DNA of 24,000 nt from an uncultured Leptospiraceae bacterium (lineage in GTDB: Bacteria > Spirochaetota > Leptospiria > Leptospirales > Leptonemataceae), in contig CAZUEX010000006.1 of assembly GCA_964619535.1 (NCBI GenBank), forward strand, positions 6,548 through 30,547, written 5' to 3'. The position numbers and the translations under genes were made by a program. The first letter of the stretch is position 1; the number at the start of each line of letters is the position of its first letter. Under the pieces are notes generated by a model, which searched no databases, was not told the origin of the DNA, and saw only the letters and a program-made list of their open reading frames with translations. Below are positions 8,581 through 15,913 of the stretch, piece after piece.

Positions 8581-9360
8581 ATGCATCACCCTACAGCCAT
8601 CATCCACCCCGGCGCGAAGATTGCTGACAACGTGCAGATTGGCGCCTACACGATCATTGCCGACGATGTAGAAATCGGCGAAGGAACAGAAATCGGAAGC
8701 CATGTGAACATCCACAGCGGCGTCCGTCTGGGTAAAGGGAACCGCATATCTGCAGGCGTCCATCTGGGTGGAGATCCACAGGATCTTGGCTTCGATCGCA
8801 GCCAGCGTACGCTGACCATTATCGGCGACAACAACACCTTTCGCGAAAACTCCAACATCCACCGTGGCTCCCTGCCGGATCGCCCCACCCGCATAGGCAA
8901 TGGCAATTACTTTATGGGCTCGGTCCACCTCGGACATGACTGTGTGGTCGGTAACGACAACATCTTTGCGCAGGGCTGCGTGCTTGCAGGACACGTTCAC
9001 GTTGGCAACAAGGCCTTCATCTCCGGACTCGTCGCCATCCACCAGTTCTGCCAGGTAGGCGATTATGCCATTATCGGTGGCTGCTCCAAGGTCGTGAAAG
9101 ATATCATCCCCTACTCGATGGCCGATGGCAATCCGTCTGTTATCACGGGCCTCAATGCCGTAGGACTGCGCAGAGCCGGCTTTTCTGAAGAGCAGAAACG
9201 TGCCATCAAGAATGCCTACAAAACCCTTTTCCTGCGCGGGCTCAGCCTGCCGAAGGCCCTGGAACAGCTGAAAGAGCTTCCTCCCACCGACGAGGTTAAA
9301 AACATCATCCAGTTTATCGAGCGCAGCAAGCGTGGCATTCTGACGAATCGATCGGAATAA
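8581..9360 (+). CDS. lpxA: Acyl-ACP--UDP-N-acetylglucosamine O-acyltransferase
   Basis: IHPGAKIADNVQIGAYTII followed by hexapeptide repeats, then HLGHDCVVGN...AGHVHVG...IHQFCQVG...GLNAVGLRRAGFS..., which is the canonical LpxA layout in 259 aa. Confidence 0.93.
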   Translation: MHHPTAIIHPGAKIADNVQIGAYTIIADDVEIGEGTEIGSHVNIHSGVRLGKGNRISAGVHLGGDPQDLGFDRSQRTLTIIGDNNTFRENSNIHRGSLPDRPTRIGNGNYFMGSVHLGHDCVVGNDNIFAQGCVLAGHVHVGNKAFISGLVAIHQFCQVGDYAIIGGCSKVVKDIIPYSMADGNPSVITGLNAVGLRRAGFSEEQKRAIKNAYKTLFLRGLSLPKALEQLKELPPTDEVKNIIQFIERSKRGILTNRSE

Positions 9361-9398
9361 CGGCCGTCTGTGTTCGAACTCTGGCGGCAACTTTTGTC

Positions 9399-9427
9399 TT
9401 GACAGGCCCTGCTAACGGCAGTAGACT
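9399..9427 (+). promoter_or_regulatory. Sigma-70-type promoter for the elaB/yqjD-like operon
   Basis: TTGACA (9399-9404), an exact 17-nt spacer, then TAGACT (9422-9427). This predicts a leader of roughly 130 nt. Confidence 0.5.
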
Positions 9428-9527
9428 CAAGATGCGTTGCAGCCTTTACAGGGAAGGCCCTGGGCCGTTCCACCGGACAGGGCTCCGTAATTTCGCAATT
9501 CGCAATCAAGTGAAGTCTAATACAGCT

Positions 9528-9557
9528 AGTAATAGCAAGTAGTAGCAAGTAATGGAG
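9528..9557 (+). repeat. Three imperfect 10-nt tandem units (AGTAATAGCA / AGTAGTAGCA / AGTAATGGAG) running into the Shine-Dalgarno sequence
   Basis: Read directly from the sequence. The units carry TAG/TAA stops, and the third contains the GGAG SD. A second tandem duplication, TTCGCAA x2, lies at 9492-9505. Confidence 0.6.
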
Positions 9558-9563
9558 AACAAC

Positions 9564-9818
9564 ATGGCTGAAGAAACAATGCAAGATTCTGCAGGTGGAC
9601 GTTTAAAAGAAAAGGTCCAGCAGGCCCGACAGAAAGCCGGCGAAGAGTGGGAACATGTTCGTGACCGTCTTTCCGTTTACGGAGAAGGGGCTGATGAGTT
9701 CATCGACTCCGTAGGGCGCTATATCAAAGAGAACCCGCAGCGATCTGCTATGATTGCCGCTGCTGCCGGTGTCGGTTTTGGTCTGATCCTTGGCCTGCTT
9801 GTCCGTGGACGCCGCTGA
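9564..9818 (+). CDS. DUF883 / ElaB-YqjD-family C-tail-anchored (ribosome-associated) membrane protein
   Basis: The C-terminus ENPQRSAMIAAAAGVGFGLILGLLVRGRR matches the ElaB/YqjD tail-anchor signature, and the N-terminus is charged and helical. I chose ATG 9564 because GGAG at 9554-9557 lies 6 nt upstream. ATG 9552 is the alternative. Confidence 0.8.
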   Translation: MAEETMQDSAGGRLKEKVQQARQKAGEEWEHVRDRLSVYGEGADEFIDSVGRYIKENPQRSAMIAAAAGVGFGLILGLLVRGRR

Positions 9819-9821
9819 TCT

Positions 9822-10196
9822 ATGAGTCGCTCTATCCGGACAACCGACCACTACGAACGCAACCGGAAGAAGTACAGAACAATCCTTGAAAACCTGGCCG
9901 CTTTGATCCTTGATCCGGCCGGGTATACGGCAGCCTTTCGCTCTTTCCTCAGTGAAGAGGCTCGACGCCGCCTCAGCTCTGCCATGACCGCTACATTGCT
10001 TTTTGTGGCAGCGGCTGTGCTGCTGGTGGCTGTCATCGTTTTCTTCCTGGCCTCCGCCTTTCTCTTTCTTGACGACATCGTCCGAAACCCTGCACTTACG
10101 GCCCTGGTCCTGGCCTGGACATCCGTTCTTCTGTTTTTTCTGCTCATTCGGCTGTCCATGCGGCGCTACCAGGATGTCATCGGCAGACAGCGCTAA
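9822..10196 (+). CDS. Two-TM inner-membrane protein, YqjE / holin-X-like (by topology and synteny)
   Basis: 124 aa with two long hydrophobic helices separated by a short loop (LLFVAAAVLLVAVIVFFLASAFLFL ... LTALVLAWTSVLLFFLLIRL). It starts 3 nt after the elaB-like stop, mirroring the E. coli yqjD-yqjE arrangement. Confidence 0.5.
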   Translation: MSRSIRTTDHYERNRKKYRTILENLAALILDPAGYTAAFRSFLSEEARRRLSSAMTATLLFVAAAVLLVAVIVFFLASAFLFLDDIVRNPALTALVLAWTSVLLFFLLIRLSMRRYQDVIGRQR

Positions 10197-10251
10197 TTCC
10201 TGCTCTGCCTGTAAATTTGCGGTCCGTCAGGCCCGATGATCAAAGCAGAGT

Positions 10252-10881
10252 ATGCAAACCGAGCAGATGAATGACCTGGAAAAATACTGTTCGATTCTCG
10301 GAGTACAGGCCGGAGATTCAGCCGAGATTGTAAAAGAAGCGTTTCGGCTTCGCATCAAAGAGGTGCATCCGGACCGCAGAAACGGGGACTCCGAAGAAGC
10401 CCGGTTACTCATCGAAGCATACAGAGAGCTCAAGAATGGCGTGCCGCGCCTTCAGAAAAAGACCACCGTACCACGCACCTACAGGCAGGCTGATGAAATC
10501 AGTCGCCAGGCCTACGAATCCCTGTATCAACATGGCATCCAGGCCGATGCCCATATCTATAACATCATAACCAGGGCCACGCGCTCGCCGCAGAATATCT
10601 TTGACCGTCTTATGGAACCCCTGGGACCGCTTCCCCCTTCCAGAGGAGCGGACTTCCTGACCCGGGCCGAGCAGGCACTGCAGGGTATTCTGCACCGCTA
10701 TCGCACATCCAGACGACCCGGTAGAAGGCGCGCTGCCGATCTCATACGGGATCTAAATCAGGTCAAAATCCTCTACCGGGATGTGGGGAACCGCCACCCA
10801 TCCCTGCTTTCCCGATGCCGTTACAGACTATCGCAGATCGATGAACTGATGACCCATGCCCGCTCAGACCTGCATGCATGA
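10252..10881 (+). CDS. J-domain (DnaJ-like) protein
   Basis: N-terminal YCSILGVQAGDSAEIVKEAFRLRIKEVHPDRR...ARLLIEAYRELK carries the HPD motif. The rest is unrecognised. ATG 10267 is a possible alternative start. Confidence 0.8.
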   Translation: MQTEQMNDLEKYCSILGVQAGDSAEIVKEAFRLRIKEVHPDRRNGDSEEARLLIEAYRELKNGVPRLQKKTTVPRTYRQADEISRQAYESLYQHGIQADAHIYNIITRATRSPQNIFDRLMEPLGPLPPSRGADFLTRAEQALQGILHRYRTSRRPGRRRAADLIRDLNQVKILYRDVGNRHPSLLSRCRYRLSQIDELMTHARSDLHA

Positions 10882-10890
10882 CTGCTTGAC

Positions 10891-10902
10891 TTGCATATGC
10901 AA
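10891..10902. promoter_or_regulatory. Perfect 12-bp palindrome TTGCATATGCAA directly after a TTGAC -35-like element, 19 nt upstream of czcD; candidate operator
   Basis: The palindrome was read directly. TTGACT lies at 10886-10891, and a further palindrome TGCATGCA lies at 10871-10878. I could not identify a convincing -10 element. Confidence 0.3.
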
Positions 10903-10920
10903 TAGGTTTTTGTAGGCGAG

Positions 10921-11844
10921 ATGCATCATCATGGCGAGATATCGGCCAGGCGCCTGCTATGGGTCACACTGATCAACCTGCTCATTACGGTGGCCGAGAT
11001 CACAGGGGGCCTCGTTACGGGCAGCATAGCGTTGCTTTCGGATGCAGCACATAATTTCAGCGATACCATCTCCATTGTTCTCAGCTACGTTGCCCTTCGC
11101 ATTTCGACACGTACCTCCACGCCCAGGCGCTCCTACGGATATCAACGAGCAGAGATTCTCGCTGCCTTCCTGAACTCCTTACTGCTGCTTGCCATTTCGG
11201 CCTATTTGATCTTTGAGGCCATCCAGCGCTTTTACCAACCCGAAACGGTCCATGGGCATGGCATGTTCATCATTGCCGTGGTTGGTCTTGTGGGCAACCT
11301 GCTCTGCGTCATGCTTCTGCATCAGCATGCCCATCACAGCCTGAACATTCGGTCGGGCTATCTGCACCTGCTGGCCGATACGCTTTCGTCGGTCGGTGTT
11401 GTGGCCGGCGCTGTGCTGCTGATTTTCTTTCCGGCTCTTACCTGGATTGATCCGGTGGTCTCTCTTTTGATATCAGTGTATATCATCAAAGAATCCAAAG
11501 ACATCTTTCTGCGTACCGTCGACATTCTGATGCAATCATCTGCCGAACTCGACTACGAAGAAATGAAACGTTCTGTAGAAGCGATCGAAGGAGTGCAGAA
11601 CATACACCATGTGCATACATGGCTTGCAAACGAAAAGACCATTCACCTGGAAGCGCATGTAGAACTCGACGACATGCTACTTTCACAGACCACGTCCATC
11701 CGGGAACGCATACAGACCCTGTTGCATGAACGATTCGGAGTAAGCCATATTACGTTGCAGTTTGAATGCAAAAGCTGCAAACATCGGACGATGTATGTGC
11801 CCGAGCCTGCACCGACTCCCGGCCACCATCACGGGCATGGATAA
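10921..11844 (+). CDS. czcD: Cation diffusion facilitator family divalent-metal (Zn/Co/Cd) exporter
   Basis: GSIALLSDAAHNFSD (TM2 metal site), HLLADTLSSVGV (TM5 metal site), SYGYQRAEIL, six TM segments, and His-rich termini (MHHHGE..., ...PGHHHGHG). Confidence 0.92.
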   Translation: MHHHGEISARRLLWVTLINLLITVAEITGGLVTGSIALLSDAAHNFSDTISIVLSYVALRISTRTSTPRRSYGYQRAEILAAFLNSLLLLAISAYLIFEAIQRFYQPETVHGHGMFIIAVVGLVGNLLCVMLLHQHAHHSLNIRSGYLHLLADTLSSVGVVAGAVLLIFFPALTWIDPVVSLLISVYIIKESKDIFLRTVDILMQSSAELDYEEMKRSVEAIEGVQNIHHVHTWLANEKTIHLEAHVELDDMLLSQTTSIRERIQTLLHERFGVSHITLQFECKSCKHRTMYVPEPAPTPGHHHGHG

Positions 11845-12038
11845 CCACAAACGCTTATTTTTGCCCCCGGAAGCAATCTTTTGCAAAAAACAAGTTGACA
11901 TAATGTTCTACCAGAAGACGCTCGGGCATCCAGTATAATGCCTGAGAACTACCTGCCACCGCACATTCTGTTGCATAAAGTTTCAACGCCGATGGACCTG
12001 AGAAATGCACAGGGAGCATCGGTTACAGGAGTCCAATC

Positions 12039-13130
12039 ATGACTGCAACATTTCTTGAGCCTCGTATCGGCTCCAGGAAAGGACTGTTTGATTCACGGGA
12101 TGCCTCTATGGTGAGCAAATTACGCTCCGTCATGGAGAAGTTTGAGACGATATCATACACCTGTGTCCTTGATCAGAGAATGCAGATCGTCCGGGCCAAT
12201 GAACGATGGGCCGCCTTGATGGACAGCCCCGAACCAGTTGCCGGTAACAGCATCCTTCCCCTTCTGGAAAAAGCAGGGCTCTTACGCATGGCCATTCACA
12301 TTGCCAGGGCCATGAACAGGCACAGAACCTTCCGACAGGAGTTTGTTCTCTCAGATAACGTATCTCCCCGGTGGTTCGATCTACATGTAACCCCCTACCA
12401 TGACGAAAACGGGAATACGGCCGGTGCTGTGGTCATATTGCTCGATATTACGGAACGCAGGCAGGTAGAGGATGCAATGGCCTTCTACGCCTACCACGAC
12501 ACGCTGACCGGCCTGCCAAACCGACGCCGCTTCGATGACAGAATGCAACAAACCAGGCTTCGTGCAGACCGGTTAAACGAGAAGTTTGCACTGTTCTTTG
12601 TCGACCTGGACCGCTTCAAACAGGTCAATGATACCTACGGTCATCGAGTGGGGGATGCCGTTCTCATCGAAGTGGCCACCCGCATTCAAAAGGTTCTGCG
12701 ACGAGACGATACCGTCTGCCGTCAGGGGGGCGATGAGTTTATCGTTTTACTGCCAGGCATCCACCATGCCGATGATGCAGCTGCCGTGGCCAAAAAGCTC
12801 ATTGCTGTACTGTCCGAGCCCATCTACGTCGGCGAAACAGGCTGTAACGTAGGCGCCACCGTCGGCATTGCCATCTATCCTGACCACGGCAGGTCCCCGG
12901 ACCAGCTAATACAGCATGCTGACAGTGCGCTTTACAGGGCGAAGGCCCTGGGGCGGGGCCGCTTCGCCTTTTTCGAAGACAGGCATAGCGGCATTCCGAT
13001 CCCCCTCCGACAGGAGGAGCGTACCGAGGTGTTGAAAATCCCCGAAAACTGCCAGAAATGTTTGAAACGGATTGCCGTCGGTGCCGGCCTGTCGCCACAG
13101 GATCTGTCGCTTCTGGCCAGCAACCGATAG
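12039..13130 (+). CDS. PAS-domain diguanylate cyclase (GGDEF) with intact I-site
   Basis: A PAS-like region ends in LLDITERRQVE. It is followed by YHDTLTGLPNRR...FFVDLDRFKQVNDTYGH..GD and RRDDTVCRQGGDEF, i.e. RxxD five residues before GGDEF. Confidence 0.92.
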   Translation: MTATFLEPRIGSRKGLFDSRDASMVSKLRSVMEKFETISYTCVLDQRMQIVRANERWAALMDSPEPVAGNSILPLLEKAGLLRMAIHIARAMNRHRTFRQEFVLSDNVSPRWFDLHVTPYHDENGNTAGAVVILLDITERRQVEDAMAFYAYHDTLTGLPNRRRFDDRMQQTRLRADRLNEKFALFFVDLDRFKQVNDTYGHRVGDAVLIEVATRIQKVLRRDDTVCRQGGDEFIVLLPGIHHADDAAAVAKKLIAVLSEPIYVGETGCNVGATVGIAIYPDHGRSPDQLIQHADSALYRAKALGRGRFAFFEDRHSGIPIPLRQEERTEVLKIPENCQKCLKRIAVGAGLSPQDLSLLASNR

Positions 13131-13132
13131 AG

Positions 13133-13564
13133 CTACCGCCTTACGGCTGCATCGATCTTCCTGCGGTTCTTTTCAAAGGCCGTGTCGGCATCCTCTGAAA
13201 ACCAGGAATCAAAGAAAAACAGGTTGGCGCTTCCCGATTCAAGACGCTGCACCACCTTTCCCGAATCTCTGTCGATCAAAAGGGCAAAGCCCGTCCCCTG
13301 GCTATGCGCATCAAAGGCATCGAGGATTCCAAGCTCCCTGGCCTTTTCGCGTGCCCGGGCTGCCGTTGCATCGCCGGTAAGATCAAAAACGACGACCTCA
13401 ATGCCCTTCGATTGAGCATACTGGCTCAGCTCGGCAAACCCTGGATGCACCTGGTCCCAGCGCTTACACGATGGACACCAGTCCGCATGAAATTTTGCCA
13501 GTACGAGGCTTTCGGCAGCCAGTGGCGATACGAACAGAAGCCCCAGCAGTATCCATCTTCTCAT
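13133..13564 (-). CDS. Exported thioredoxin-fold protein (WCPSC active site)
   Basis: Signal-peptide-like MRRWILLGLLFVSPLAAE followed by LAKFHADWCPSCKRW. Its ATG overlaps the upstream cyclase stop (ATGA at 13561-13564). Confidence 0.8.
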   Translation of the reverse strand: MRRWILLGLLFVSPLAAESLVLAKFHADWCPSCKRWDQVHPGFAELSQYAQSKGIEVVVFDLTGDATAARAREKARELGILDAFDAHSQGTGFALLIDRDSGKVVQRLESGSANLFFFDSWFSEDADTAFEKNRRKIDAAVRR

Positions 13565-14841
13565 TGTTTTCCTCCGTCTTTCAGCATGGCATATCGACGC
13601 TTGAATTCCTCGTTTGGATGGTTCGGACTCTTTTCCAGTTCAGGCCGGATGCCCCGAACAAGAAACATCTCCATCTCTCCCTTACCCTTTACGGGCAACT
13701 GGCCGCGACTTTCACAGACGAAGAAATCCTTCACCTGATCATAGAGATCTTTTGAAATGTTCACCTGGCCGGGAACTCCTGACGATTCCATACGGCTGGC
13801 AGTGTTTACCGTATCACCCCATACATCGTAGACGAACTTGTCGGTTCCAACGACGCCTGTAATCACTGGACCGCAGTGCAATCCGATTCGTAAACTCCAG
13901 CCTCTGGCTGCCTCACTCGATGCTGCATGTCGTTTCATCAGCCTGTGAAAGCGAAGAGCACAGAGAACGGCATCGACGGGATGTGTATGGTTTTCTTCGG
14001 GGATGCCACCGGCTGCCATGTAGGCATCGCCAATCGTTTTGATCTTCTCAAGGCCTGTGGCTCGAACAGCGCCATCGAAGGCTGCAAAGATCTGATCCAG
14101 CTCCTGAATCAGGTCTGCAGGCTTCATATTGGCGCTTGCACGTGTAAAGCCTGTCATATCAGCAAAAAGAACGGTAGCATAGGCATAGCCGCGAGGCGTG
14201 ACCCGGTCTCGCATCTTCAGCTCTTCGGCTACAACGTCGGGAAGAATGTTGCGCAACAATCGATCCGACTTCAGTCGCTCAAACTCAAGGTTCCTGGACA
14301 GGATAAAGATCAGAATGCCGGTCAGCAGCTGTACAAAGAGGTAGTTGCTGCCTGCATCCATCACCCGCTCTTCCCGCGACGGATACATCGTAATGTACTC
14401 AGGATGAAAATACTCTGTCAGGAAAAGAGCGGCGACCGTTGCCAGCGAAACAGAGTAGATCAGGTAGGGCTTGCGGCCATCAAGCAGGATCGTTGCAATG
14501 ACCAGGGCCGGTATAAAGTAGTAATGCGCCCCTCCAACAGAGCCTCCATTCCAGAACCAGTTGAACGACAGAAAGGCAAGCAGCGAAATATTGAAAACCC
14601 AGAACAGAGATTGATGACGGGATCGGAACCGCGATATGTAATAGTAGACCAGAAACAAACTGCCCGATATAAAATGCAGAAGGAACAGGCGCAGTGGATC
14701 AGGCAGGGTCAGGGCAGCAAAGGCACCGAACAGGTTCAGGACGCCATTGACAAGGCTGACCGAGTTAAAGAGCCGTGCAGAAAGAGGATCCAGCCTGGGA
14801 TCCCCCACAAGAGCGATCAGAAAGCGTTGCAGGGCTTTCAT
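13561..14841 (-). CDS. Membrane-bound class III adenylate cyclase (N-terminal ~6-TM domain + CHD catalytic domain)
   Basis: ATVLFADMTGFT, KIKTIGDAYMAAGG and FVYDVWGDTVNTASRMES carry both metal Asp residues and the adenine-type Lys/Asp pair. Roughly the first 190 aa are hydrophobic helices. Confidence 0.9.
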   Translation of the reverse strand: MKALQRFLIALVGDPRLDPLSARLFNSVSLVNGVLNLFGAFAALTLPDPLRLFLLHFISGSLFLVYYYISRFRSRHQSLFWVFNISLLAFLSFNWFWNGGSVGGAHYYFIPALVIATILLDGRKPYLIYSVSLATVAALFLTEYFHPEYITMYPSREERVMDAGSNYLFVQLLTGILIFILSRNLEFERLKSDRLLRNILPDVVAEELKMRDRVTPRGYAYATVLFADMTGFTRASANMKPADLIQELDQIFAAFDGAVRATGLEKIKTIGDAYMAAGGIPEENHTHPVDAVLCALRFHRLMKRHAASSEAARGWSLRIGLHCGPVITGVVGTDKFVYDVWGDTVNTASRMESSGVPGQVNISKDLYDQVKDFFVCESRGQLPVKGKGEMEMFLVRGIRPELEKSPNHPNEEFKRRYAMLKDGGKQ

Positions 14842-15218
14842 GCCTGCCTCCTGCTCTGCAAGCGATCCAGCAAAAGGATGGCTGAAGCTGCTGCAAGGAT
14901 CAGGCAGGCCATGCCAAACAGCAGTCCTGAATCGTTCTGTACCTCGATACCCAGTACCGTCAGGTGAAGAACGATCGCAGGCCCGATAATCAGAATCGAC
15001 AGAAGTGCACCCTTTCTGTAATGAGCAGGCCAGATCAGCAGGACGGCAGCCAGCAATTCGCCAAGTGCCGTCAGATAGCGGCCAGCAGGTTCCATCCCCA
15101 CGGTTTCGAAGATATGCACGGATTCAGGCGAACCGCTGAACTTAAAGAACAGTGTCTGCAAAAAAATTATTGCCACAATCCATCTCAGGATCACAATCAT
15201 ACTTCTCCGGGCCTGCAT
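14838..15218 (-). CDS. DoxX-family integral membrane protein
   Basis: 126 aa and four TM segments, with a DoxX-like pattern (RWIVAIIFLQTLFFKFSG...ALGELLAAVLLIWP...). Its stop overlaps the cyclase ATG (ATGA at 14838-14841). Confidence 0.7.
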   Translation of the reverse strand: MQARRSMIVILRWIVAIIFLQTLFFKFSGSPESVHIFETVGMEPAGRYLTALGELLAAVLLIWPAHYRKGALLSILIIGPAIVLHLTVLGIEVQNDSGLLFGMACLILAAASAILLLDRLQSRRQA

Positions 15219-15357
15219 ACAGGCTTATTCGCAACGGTCTGCGTCGGGTTGCACACGGAAACAAAGCTCTGCCAGAAAAGATTTCGAAAATCCGATCCCC
15301 GGAAAAGACTCATGTACACACTAAAAGGAAAGAATCAAAGAAAAAGAAGGCCTTTCG

Positions 15358-15891
15358 ATGAAACCCACTGCTCCGAACTACGAAAATCGTGAGATGAACT
15401 CTACACAGAAAACATCTCCGGTCGCTTCTTTACAGGAACTCCTGAAACAGACTCGCAACCTGCTGCAACAGATCACGGACGAACAATATACACTGAGCGT
15501 TACCGACAATGCCTCCGGTGTCGGCGCTCATATTCGCCACACATTGGATCATATTCGCGCACTTCTGAACAGTCGTCAGGGCTCGGTGGTGGACTATGAT
15601 ACCAGAGAGCGTAACACCGTAATCGAGCGATCGCGTTCCTCTGCCATACAGGCCATCGACGAGATCATTAGCGAGCTTAACGATATCTCGGATAGAGATC
15701 TGCACATTACCGTAGAACTGCAGCTCCTTGTTGCTCCTTTTCAGCCGCGCTACACCACAACCTCAACGATCGGTCGCGAGCTGGCCTTTGTTCTGCACCA
15801 TGCCATACACCATAATGCCATGATCGCTTCCATTTTTCCAGCCTTGGCATTGACGTTCCTGCCTTTTTTGGCTTTGCGCCGGCAACTATAG
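15358..15891 (+). CDS. DinB-fold (DinB_2-like) metal-binding protein; C-terminus apparently frameshifted (conserved tail continues in another frame to 15905)
   Basis: GAHIRHTLDHI...VDYDTRERN...STIGRELAFVLHHAIHHNAMI is a His-triad DinB_2 pattern. The family-typical tail SLGIDVPAFFGFAPATIEVLS is encoded in the -1 frame from about 15838 to the TGA at 15903-15905. Confidence 0.75.
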   Translation: MKPTAPNYENREMNSTQKTSPVASLQELLKQTRNLLQQITDEQYTLSVTDNASGVGAHIRHTLDHIRALLNSRQGSVVDYDTRERNTVIERSRSSAIQAIDEIISELNDISDRDLHITVELQLLVAPFQPRYTTTSTIGRELAFVLHHAIHHNAMIASIFPALALTFLPFLALRRQL

Positions 15892-15913
15892 AAGTTCTAT
15901 CTTGAGGAAGACC

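Noticed and set aside
8578-8586. Palindromic ATGCAT giving head-to-head overlapping ATG starts for lpxA (+, 8581) and tatD (-, 8586 or 8580)
   Set aside because: TatD-family proteins normally begin right at the xIDTHCH motif, and GTG 8475 provides that. The extra 35 residues (MHMLDFCTGGCAASRIKGRTG...) look non-protein-like. A normal ~105-bp divergent intergenic region is more plausible.
7621-9390. 589-aa minus-strand ORF spanning the TatD region and all of lpxA
   Set aside because: Only the C-terminal ~284 aa (from IDTHCHLDL) look like a real protein (TatD). The N-terminal ~300 aa are the antisense reading of the hexapeptide-repeat gene lpxA, which is unambiguously recognisable on the + strand.
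10882-10920. Possible czcD (NiCo) riboswitch upstream of the CDF gene
   Set aside because: The intergenic region is only 39 nt, far too short for that ~90-nt RNA, and no matching conserved structure is visible.
11845-12038. Consensus TTGACA (11895-11900) and TATAAT (11934-11939) upstream of the GGDEF gene as one promoter, or a c-di-GMP riboswitch in this 194-nt gap
   Set aside because: The two hexamers are 33 nt apart, so they cannot form one sigma-70 promoter, and neither has a good partner at 16-18 nt. I see no GEMM-like conserved elements. A promoter probably exists here, but I cannot place it.
13927-14967. 346-aa + strand ORF
   Set aside because: It is entirely antisense to the clearly recognisable adenylate cyclase and DoxX genes. 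The composition is biased and no motifs are present, so it is a shadow ORF.
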